A stretch of DNA of 64,000 nucleotides, taken from positions 707,620 through 771,619 of the forward strand of contig BDGG01000004.1 of assembly GCA_001949185.1 (NCBI GenBank), read 5' to 3'. Shown piece by piece: positions 26,490-36,850 of the stretch (position 1 is its first letter; every line of letters begins with the position of its first letter). This DNA is from Ramazzottius varieornatus (taxonomy: Eukaryota > Animalia > Tardigrada). Made by a program: the position numbers and the translations under genes. The notes beneath the pieces were generated by a model. The model searched no databases. It saw nothing but the letters and a program-made list of their open reading frames with translations, and was not told the origin of the DNA.

Positions 26490-27919
26490 TCAAGTCATCC
26501 TTCTACCTCGCCGAAAAGTGTTCAGCAACTTCTTAAACTTGCCGGTATAGGTATGCTCGAACAGACTCTTGCATTTCTTCGCTCGGGTATCTGGTCTTGT
26601 CTGGTCCATAGCCGGCTTGATGAAGTCATGAAGATATTTTTCAACAGAGGTGAACATCGCTGCTTGACCGGGTTTTCCACACCTGCAAAAACACCAAACA
26701 TACGGTGAAACGTATTTCGAGGACGGTTCGCCACACTGGTTCGGAGTAAATCCACCGGCCTAACACGTACCCCGCACTAGAAAAACTTGCGATCCCAAGG
26801 ATTCGATGTCTCCATCGTGAGTCCCCTGGCAGCAGGTACCGCTCGATTAATGGGCCACCACTGTCACCCTGTTAAAAATAAGAGGTAGGGTACTATTATG
26901 ACCATGAAAACACCATGACAGGAGCTTTTACGAAAGAGACCTGCACGGCCCGCGTACCTGACAGACGTCTGTATTACTACTGTCCGTACAAATTAGCGCA
27001 TCTGTACTATCAACGACCCCACGCCAAATGTTCTTGCACGTTTCGAGGTCAACCAGAGAGCTGCTGGCAACTTGTAGCTTTAATGACTTCTCATCGACAG
27101 TATTAACGTCGCTCGAATTCCTTTCCGATTTCTTGGATGTAAGACCCCAGCCCATTATGAGGTACTCCGTCAAAGCTGGCGTAGAGCTGTTAGCAGAGGC
27201 GTTATCTGGCAATTCAACCCTTTCAATGCTGAGTAGACTCGACAGATAGGTTACGGAGCATTTCAATCTAACGATTGCAATGTCTTTGGCCATCTGCGCG
27301 TCTGCTGGGTCGAAACCCTCGTGAGGAATGATAAGTTCTACAGCCATCTCATGATCGATGGCATAAGAGGAATTCAAATCTTTGATGCCCACCACGATCT
27401 TCAGCTCTGTGGGCGCTATCAGTTTCCTAAGAAAAGGTTACAGTATTGAAATTTCTGAATTTGCCAGAGGGACCCAGGGGGTTGCGCGAAATAGATTTCG
27501 TTCTTCACTTACGACAAACCATCTTTTTCTTGTCGGGCAAAAACACAGTGCGCCGCAGTTAGAATTAGCCGATCGGTTATCAGCGAGCCTCCGCAAATGT
27601 GGAACCATTCGTCGTTTCCTTCGTCATTCGTAAAATTCCGCTGCAGGCTCACCATCCAACCATACAAGTGTGGCGGCGCAGAGACTCCTCCTGTTTGGAA
27701 AAAACACACAGGTTATGTTTGGACGATGACGCGAACAGAACATGGAAGAACTGCGCGAGTCTGTCCCATATGGGGAAAACCTTTTACAGAGTTGAACCTA
27801 CCGATGATGAAGCTCCGTTGAGGTGCGAAGGATAGCGTGTCCGGAGCATCACGGCCCATCGAGAACGGTTCTGCAATATCCCCAACGAGTAGTAGGATGA
27901 ACCCAAAAAACTGAATCAT
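26490..27919 (-). CDS. Secreted trypsin-like (S1A) serine protease
   Basis: Signal peptide MIQFFGFILLLVG; IIG|G mature N-terminus; CGGSLI, TAAHC (His), KDIAIVRL (Asp), DVCQ|GDSGGPL (Ser, with Asp at the S1 position). About 6 exons; stop at 26490-26492. Confidence 0.92.
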
Positions 27920-28390
27920 TTCACAAGCTGACCTCATCCTTTCTGTTGTATCGTAGATCAGAAGAGACTGGAACAACATCAATGCACGATACTGGTGTGT
28001 GGGATCACAACACATACGTGCGCACTCAACCGTTGGAGAAGAACGAACAGAATGCTCTGGCAGCTAGAAGCCTGGAACTGTACCGAATTCTTGGCGGTGG
28101 TTTCCATTGCTTTGGCGTACCGCGTCCGAGACGCGGCATGACTCAAATAAATCAGCTGCCTATTCATCATAGCGTTGCTGCAAGTATCTCCGTCCGGATT
28201 CGAGAGCTATCTTCGATGCTGTTCAGAGGAATAGTTAATTTTTTGGCCCGTACTTGAATTTTGCGAGCTTGAGGGCGAACATCATCAGCTTTATGCATAC
28301 AAAAATTTGAAATCAAACTATAAAATGCCGCAACGGATAATAATCCCAAAACATGCGCATCTGTATGACACGCGTTTTCGGAGCAGTTGA

Positions 28391-31300
28391 TCAGGAGAGA
28401 GGGTTTTCCGAACTGCTACGGCTCGTACAAAGATTTCCCCGCCCTGTTTCTTCGGATCCATACAACGCTTCTCTTGCGCGATAATTCTCGCGTAGTATCT
28501 TGATTCTCAGAGCTGTTGGCACCTCAGGCAAGAGCACAGCAACGATCTTGGTCAGGACGATTATGAAGTGCTGAAACAGATTGTAATAATTATAGAGCAA
28601 AAGGTTCGTCCTCCGGCATGTATTTCTCACCTCCAGGACGATTACCAAGATTAAACGAGCAGCCAGGACGTGCCAAAATACCGTGCTCAGGGTGTAAGGA
28701 ATACTCTCTTCGGGTCCAGTTCGGAACTCTCGATACCTGCACCGTGAAAAGCCACTTTATGGTGTAACCGTATCGTGATGGCAGGTATTTTCCTCACCAG
28801 CATGAATCAGGTAGCTCGGACGAATTGAAGCTGGAGACAACAGTAGCCGGCATGGCAGACTTGGCATAATCGGTAACTGCGAAGTCGGAAAGTCGCCAGT
28901 TATTGTACCCGTGTAAAGATCCATCTTCCGAGAACGCCAACAGGTAGACCAATTCCGGAACCAAGTCTGTTGAGAACGCAATCACGAAGGCCTGTAATAA
29001 AGATTCTTCGTCGCCACATGATTGTGACGACAATATACAGTGACTGTGGTCAACTGAAACCTTACGTTCGTGATGATTGCAACTCGTGATAAGTTGCTGA
29101 GGATATCATCCCAAGCTCCGATGTTTCGCGACCACAGTGGAATTGGGCGGCGGTACAAAGTAAGGTACTTGTAAGCACTCAACCGGATTTCTATAAGGTT
29201 GGTAATGAGGGCGAACAATGGCGCTAGTGGAAAGGCCGCGACGAACATTGTGATGAATCCGAACTGCTTCACTATAGAAAAACGACAAAAAAATATCAGT
29301 ATGAAAAGAAGCAATGAGGTGATAAACGGATAAAGCGAACGAAGCTCAGGATGCCGGGATACCCATTCGGCTGTATTCCTTGAACAGACCCATGGGCGGA
29401 AATGGTAAGAGGTCGTTGTCTCTCTTCCACCGGGTTTCCACACTTTTGAGCATCGACAAGCGTCTGCGTTTTTCCCTCCGAAAGTAGCGCAGTACGGAGG
29501 GGTAAATAATCTCTTTCACAAAGGTCACTGTCGTGGTACCCAGAAACAAGACCATCAGTTGGATAGTAAGTTCCAAAAGGCAAGATCCCTTGACGCACTG
29601 AACCTGCATAACCAAACTCCAAAACCGAGGACACAGCGTAATGGGTAGCGTATCTTCTCGATACATACCCGGTCAACCGGTAAACCCAGGTGCCCTTGTG
29701 CACCCGGAAGTGCGGGAGGTACCCTGGAACAACGTATGCAAATAAATTATGATATCTTGCTCACGTATGGTGTTGGCGGGAATCGACGACTTTGCGCATT
29801 GCTTGAAAGGATTGAAGTAGACTTACCGTCCTTTGAAGAATGCCACGTAGAAGAGTGAGGTGTACGAGTTTACGAAGTCGAATGCAAAGTACTTGAAGGT
29901 TAAACTATCCTGATACTCCGTTTGAGTTCTGGGCATCTCTACAGCATGTAACCTGACCATGCATAATTTATGTACACTACGAGTAACGTGGAATATTTTG
30001 CACTTGCCTCTTTCGGTTAGCCATTTCGCGAGAAAGTAATACACCTGCAATCGGACATCCAGAATTGGGAACTGCTGAAAATTTCGATTTAGGATTCTTC
30101 GCTTACGTTACTGAGGGCGAGGATGACAATCAAGTTGAGAATTGATGCACTGAAGGCGACGATCAGTCCAGAGTTCCGAACAGCAAACGGTTGAAATGCC
30201 GGACTGGATATCATGGAAGAAAAGTTACCAGTTCCGACTGGACTTGCACTGGCTTCAATAGCCACGTTGAGAACGATTCGATAAACCACCAACGCTGGAA
30301 TCAATGGTAATCTGTGAACTTCAGTTGCGTTCGGTTGGAAGTACTGGGTACCATATACCTGTCGTAGCAGCCAGAACCAACAGCACCTACGAGCAACGTC
30401 ACAGTGCTACCACCCTTTAAAGTTGGTCGACAGTTTACCCACCATGAAGACGACAGCAACACTCGACAGAAAGCCGTATAGTGCTCGAATCCCACCCGGC
30501 ACATACGGTTCCCGAATTCCTGTAATTGGATTTTCCCGCCATTTTTCCGGCTTGATCTTTCTCATCAACTCCGGGCGGACCGGTTCCTGAAACCGAAAGC
30601 TGAATGATAGAATGCGTTTCGATGACCGACAAGCGCAGACCACAAATTTGAGAAGAGTGTACGCATACTTCGTGCTCGGTAACATCGAAGGTGTCAAAAC
30701 TCCATGACAGTAAGGTTTGCCGGCGCTTCCACAGAACGATGAAAAAGGATGACCAAAGTGCCATGAACATGGCAAATGCAAAGGTCGATGGGTTGTCCAT
30801 CAGGTAAGCCAGCTGAAACGAGACCGGTTAAGTGTCTACTAATCCGGCGCAGCAGCTTCGTGATTGGTACTTTTGTATTGACGCAGCCATCCCGTAGCCT
30901 CCAAAACGAGCAGCGCCTGCGTGACAGAAAACCAAATCCTTGCCAACTGCGTGTGTACTTTGGGTATATGTGGTTTCAATTGAGGGATCTTACTTATTGC
31001 AAATCGGACACATGACAGTGTCACCAACGGTGCTATCCGAATGGCAGACCTCGTGAACAGACACCGATGATCCCATCGAAAAAGCCCCAAAAAGCAGACA
31101 AAGAAGCCCCACCACAGCAGCTGGCAGGAGCATCAAGGTGTAAAATTCCATCCATCCAAAGTAAAATCCCATACGTTCTCCAAAGTAGTTTTTGATGTGG
31201 TCAATCGGCTGTAGTTTGTAAAACTTTCGGAACCGACCCCACTGGTCAAATAGCGCCTGAAAAATGTGCAATATACTGTGTACGTGTATCGTGAAACTGA

Positions 31301-32920
31301 TTGCGGAGTCCAGTAAAGCACCTAGGAAGAACTATTTGCATACCGCCCGACTTGTTTGATGGTCCTTAGTTGGACGCACATCATCCTCACATGAGCCGTC
31401 GTGCAGAGGGTAGACTGCTAAATATGTTTTGTTGGCCAGAAGGGATCCCATGCCTGAAGCCGAATTTCGTTAGCGGTGTACGAGTATCGCCGACACAAAC
31501 GAGATTACAACACATTGATCACGACAAAGAACGAACTTAGTTGATCATGGTGGGGATCCGTCGACTGGATACGGTTCAGAGCTTCCCATAGAAGGCGACT
31601 TCGTTGAAGTGGTGAAAAGAACTGACTCTCATCGTGCGGGATTTTGAACCTATGCCAGAATGGTAAAAACCCATGCAGTGCTAAAGACTTAGTATACAAG
31701 ATGCCCTTACAGGTTTTCCTTCTGTTTCGAGAAAGCGGTCGAAACAAAATGTGGTTTAGGCGGAAGTATGCTTGTATCGATTTGACAAATCTTCGGCAAG
31801 AGGCGCGCCATCTTTGCTTCCACGTATTTGATCTCTGATGCGTCCTGAAGAGTAAATTTGGGGCTGATTAACCTACGAGGGAAAGGTTGTAAAGTTAGCC
31901 GTCTAAGTTCGCCTGTTCTCTACTACTCAATCCCAAACTTTTGAGGATAGATCGAAAGATAAAATAATGAGCTGTCGAATGGTAATAGGCACAGTCAACA
32001 CGAGAAGTTAGAGAATCCAAGAGATCGGCAATTAAAAGAACGTTGAAATCTCATGTTAAACAGCCAAGACTGACAATCAAATAGTCAATCAAGCAATAGG
32101 CGTCACAGCCGTGGCAAACTTTACAAACCCAGTATGGGATGGCTAAGTTTACAACCTTTACCTCGTACAGACATTTGCCGAAAGTCGCGCACAGTTGAGG
32201 CACAGTGTGTACATACAGTTCGTAAGGGCATCCTCATTTTCAGAAAGTCGGCGTACCTAGGTAGAAAACCGGGGAATAGGAAACGGCATGGTGAAACGGT
32301 ACGGTGTAGCGGAGCATTCCTTACTTCGTAAGAAGATCCCAGCTAGCGTGTAACATCAGGTAGTTGTCGTACGAAGATCCGGTGCCGTCAAGTATCTAGA
32401 TACATGGTATACAGGAATACCGATAGCAGGAAACAGAGACCTGTCGTAAACAGCAGGAAGCCATACCAAGTGCAACCGGGTTTCAACCTGAATGCCTTCT
32501 TCTTCCATCAGTTCCCGGAATATTGCTCTGTTTCTCTCTCGTTCTGCCTCGGCCAAGGTTGTAGTGGTACGATAATGACTTTGGTAATGTATCACTAGAT
32601 CGACACGGCGTCGTCCATCGCGGAAGTGCAGGTCTCTGTTCGTAAAGCACACTCCACTGACGGCCTGATCAGAGTTAAAAAATATTGTCGTGACATCAAA
32701 ATGGAACAAGAAACAAGCAACCGACCCGCAAAGAGATATATTCCGGATCGCGGCCAGCAGGATCTGGATCGTCGCAGTCCATATTCCATGTGATGACTCC
32801 CGACATTCTGGCTCTCGAGATTGTTCGATGCTGGGGAAGCAATTGCGGACTTTTCGCTTAAATCTCGTTTTAACGTCCACAATACTGTACGTGGGAAATC
32901 TGACAGATGCTGTTTCTTCT
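28391..32920 (-). CDS. Anoctamin/TMEM16 family membrane protein (5' end not resolved)
   Basis: FRDGRRRVDLV, QPIDHIKNYFGERMGFYFGW, MCPIC, DNPSTFAFAMFMALW, EMPRTQTEYQDSLTFK, FVNSYTSLFYVAFFKGR, QFGFITMFVAAFPLAPLFAL, IGAW, FWHVLAARL; many short introns. Confidence 0.92.
31874..32167. mobile_element. Mariner-type MITE, family B (TACGAGG ends), in an anoctamin intron
   Basis: tacgagggaaaggttgtaaagttagcc ... ggctaagtttacaacctttacctcgta; TA at both ends. Confidence 0.75.
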
Positions 32921-33206
32921 TGAATAAAAAGTCATGACTGATAGTCTGGGCTATACCGATATCTATGAGCTTGCTATATTATGTCTCGCCGAAAGCTAAA
33001 TGCCCACGGAGGTGTCAGTTACACGTTACACCATTGTCCACACTTCTCTAAGATGTACAGTAAACACGAAAGCCGCGCAGAATACTTGTTTAGTCTCCCC
33101 AGTCACCACAAATATTTCTCTTGCCATTCAAAACGATTCCGCATGAACAACAGACTAACAGTTTGCGTATTCGAATGGTGGGTAAGCCTTTGTCGAGTAA
33201 ATAAGT

Positions 33207-33367
33207 CACGAGGGCAATGGTGTAGAGTTTAGCCGGCGTAGGCCGAGGTTGTGAAGTAAGCCGCATCTTATAAAGCGTAGGCCTTTTAACGGCCTACTCC
33301 TAATATGCGGTGGTTAACTTTACAACTGCGGTACCAGCCGGCTGACTTGTGCAACTTCGCCCTCGTA
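33207..33367. mobile_element. Mariner-type MITE, family B
   Basis: cacgagggcaatggtgtagagtttagcc ... ggctgacttgtgcaacttcgccctcgta; approximate reverse complement of 43447-43601. Confidence 0.8.
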
Positions 33368-33516
33368 GTGCCGCACTGCACAGAAGCTAAAACAATCTTG
33401 CTCTCAAACGAAACTGCCGGGAGAATCGCTGCAGAATTGGTATACATGGCCACAAGTGACGAGGGAACCTTTCCCCAGGGAACTCGCTGAGGATTTCTAG
33501 TCGCGGCCAGTGATCA

Positions 33517-35095
33517 TCAGCCTAAGGACCCACATCTGGCTTCCGAAGTCCAATAAGGCTGCCGAAGTTTGCGGTACCGGAATGTTAATCTAGAAAAACA
33601 CATCAGCCTGTTCGACCCTCTGAATGCATGGTGGAGTTCTTCTCTCGTGCACCAACCTCATTCTGGGATCTGTGAGATGCCGAGCGCTACAGAAGGCACC
33701 TTCACTCCATTGTCCATACACAATTTCCTTCACGGACTTAGCAGGAACCCAGCAAACGAACTCGTTTATCAGGGTGTCGGAGGTCAATCCCGAGTCGGTC
33801 ACTTGAACACGTAACGCTGCCGTCTGAAATTATCCAACCCGGATGTTAGATCTATCAAACTGAGACAAGTTCAACAATCAACTCACATCGGAACTTAGAC
33901 ACATCGACTGACTGAATTTCCGCTGTATATCGAACATGTCCTGGTAGTCGTGTGCTGCAATGAGCGAGTTCCAGACATGACCGTGACCTGGCCATTCCGC
34001 CCAAGGAGTTGTCCTACCAGAGAAACACCGAGTTATTTCTTTTACGCCGTAAAGCTGCACCTGTACGTAGCACGTCGTGGTCGATGTCCCAGTTTACCGT
34101 CTAAACACTAGGACTTACGTGTCCAGTTCGTCAGCATATATGCGAGGCGAACACTTCCAGAGAAAGTGACACCACCTGCCATCCGATCGTAAACTTCCAG
34201 GGTTTTCGAACCGCAGCAGCTCGACCTCGAGTAACACGGAGAGATCGCGGGGCGTGGTAATTTCAACCGCTGGAGGCATGGTCTTTATTGTCGAGGTTGA
34301 CGTCGTTCGTGTAGTGGTGGAAGTGGTAGCAGGTGCTGTCGAGGTCGTAGCAGAGGTGGTGGTAGAGGTGGTCGCTGTGGTCGTGGAAGTTGCAGGTGCC
34401 ATCGTAGAGGGCGCTGTAGAGGGTGTCTCATACAACGTCGACGGCATGGCTGAGCTGTTCAGCAAGACATTTAAGGATATTTCGCCTAGGTTTGTCTCAT
34501 TGACACCGCTGAGTAAGTCTATTAAAGGCGAGATTTCGGATCTCAGCTGTGGATATCTCGTCAGGTTTAGACCGGTAATGTTATTAACTTGAAATGCAGA
34601 CTTTGACTCGGTGGTGTTGAAGGTACTTGTACTGTTGTCGGATAACGAGCTGGACAGCAGATCCTGATTGAAGCTGGTGAAGTTGAATTCTTGAAATTCA
34701 ATTTCCTCCTCGGTGCCTCCCAAATCCTTACTGGAAGACACGCGGAAGAAAGTGCTAGGATCAAGCAGGATCGACAGGTCCTCCGGCACTTCGCGAAAGT
34801 AGATCTCGCCTGGCTGACGAGGAAAACTGACAAACAAGATGTTCATGTTAGACAGCAGTTGCTGTTGTTCGATCGGGTCACCATTGATGTCATGAGGATA
34901 GAAGGTGGGGCCGTAAGCCATGTGGGTGAAATTTACGCGTTCTTCTTCGGTCAAGGGTAGTGCTGAAACATTGAAATGCTGGAGCAGACTTCGAAATGAA
35001 AACTTTTCACTGACAACTCCGCGAAACAGGAAGATAGCACAACAAGCGAATAGGGTCATTTTGTTCAGAGACAGAACTGAAGCCAAGGAACCCAT
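33517..35095 (-). CDS. Secreted protein: long Ser/Thr-rich N-terminal region plus a C-terminal AMNP/g12777-like C2-type domain (tardigrade Mn-peroxidase family-like)
   Basis: Exons 35095-34119, 34013-33887, 33823-~33657, ~33589-33517. Spliced domain: VLLEVELLRFENPGSLRSDGRWCHFLWKCSPRIYADELDTTTPWAEWPG...MCLSSDTAALRVQVTDSGLTSDTLINEFVC...WSEGAFCSA...RMRLTFRYRKL...RCG. The NPGS, C-x5-C, TP...WPG and LRV.V.D....D.I..F.C pattern matches my recollection of the family. Confidence 0.65.
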
Positions 35096-35744
35096 TGTGA
35101 GAGGGAACTTCACGTCGCAGCCGAATATTCTTTACTGGCCAACGATTTTCAAGCTCATGCGTCCATCACGTTTTCGAACCTGCGAAGCGCCCTGCCTTCG
35201 AACGAGGAAACTATGGAAACCGGTTGGACGTGATCAGGAAGAAAAAGCAGACCAACTTGTAGGAGGACCGCAAGTGTCCGGAACAGACAACTTTTTCACG
35301 ACGACAGCAATTAAAATCAAGACGAAGTGGAACGCTCATTAGCTTTCCCCTTCCGACTTTCCAACAAGTCGGTCTCTGGCTTGCAGCGGATTTCCCGTGA
35401 GTAGCATGCCTCTCCACCAGGGGGCGTAAGTGCAGTCGTAGTACTGTGCTGTCCGTACCGCCTGGCAAACGGAAATGCCACTGCACTCGTAGTCCGAGGT
35501 ATTAGCTCGAAACAGGCATGCGGCCACAGCTCGAGCATTTTGTTCAGTCGGAGAGTTTAGCCCTGATGCCGAAATGATGCCTGTAAGTCGAAGCAACCAT
35601 GAAATGTCAAAGGTAGCGTGACAGGGAGCCGGAACGCATGAAGTGCCATCAGACCCTTGCATACTGTACCATCGGAAAAGTCCCAATTATGGGACACGCT
35701 CGTTTTGCCATGACATGCCCTCTTTTCCATCTTTACTAGCGGTG

Positions 35745-36452
35745 TCAGATAAACGATACTAGTCTCTTCCGAACACTCGTCCTGACATTCAGCGATGTGG
35801 TTCGCCAGAAAGATACACTGAAAAAATTCACGCTTCGGTATACAGGGGTTGCCTGCAAGAATTCTGGAAAATATCCTGATAGAGACTGTACCTTACCTGG
35901 ATGATACCGCCGATAACTTCGGTCAATGTGGTTTCGTCATGGTTCCGATTTGGTGAGATGGTGGTCCGGAAAGCAAATGGGACAGGCTGAAATGGCTGTG
36001 TGGTGGTCTTAAGCTGTAAGATCGTTTCTGGTGGCGCAGGCCCACACTTTTTCAAGTTCCGTATGGGTGACGCGCCAGCTGGAGCACAGAGATTCCAGCC
36101 AACATCCAACCAGTTATTGTCGGCAATTCGCGGGTTGAAAGTCATCCATCGGTCCACCGACGTCGAGGATGCCTCAGCCAACATGGACAGGCAGTCCCCT
36201 TCCCGTATTTGAATTCGATATGGACTATCTGGTGCGCACTCATCACGCACTTCCGGCTCCTCGCCGATCCAAATGCTGCGTTGAGAAACAGCCTGAAATA
36301 GCTGACTCCTTAGTTTTTAGATCGTTGTTTCGGATCGAAGGATCGTTGGTTTAGAAAGCTTTTCGAGTTGCGGAAGCCAGTGGGTATAAAACAGCGCTCA
36401 CCTGTTGCAATCCTAATGACACTAACAAGAATAACCTGAATTCTGACCGCAT
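35745..36452 (-). CDS. Small secreted LysM-domain protein (3' exon uncertain)
   Basis: Exon 36452-36402 gives MRSEFRLFLLVSLGLQQ and splices to exon 36292-35897 (AVSQ..., completing a signal peptide). LysM: C....YRIQIREGDCLSMLAEASSTSVDRWMTFNPRIADNNWLDVGWNLCAP, then a Pro/Thr linker. Confidence 0.75.
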
Positions 36453-36850
36453 AATGGGAAACCCACAGGCATGCCAATTCCGGGAAGTGGTTCTTCCATC
36501 ACGCTGTAGCCGGATGCATCAGCAGAACACGGAATAGCGATTATTCTGTTCAGTTCCAAAGAAATAGTGTTCTTCGAAATATCAAGTGTTACATACGGTC
36601 TCAAAGAGAATTGCACGGAAGGACATTATCTCACGACTTGCCCGAGGTGCAACGAGCTTTGCACAAGCGAAAAGTTTCAGAGAGCATAAAAAGGCCTCCA
36701 GGCATTTGCAGCGTTCTTGCTTCAGAAGTGAGGATCGAAGGATCGTTGTTTTCGAGTTTTTGGAGACAAAATTGGCGCGAAATGTACAGTGTGCGGCGGG
36801 TTCAGTGGTACGAATCAAACTATACAGGCACGCACCGTGAAAGGATTCGA

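Noticed and set aside
34254-34592. Val-rich plus-strand ORF (similar ones at 44161-44466 and 46419-46847)
   Set aside because: Antisense shadows of Thr/Ser-rich mucin-like coding sequence on the minus strand.
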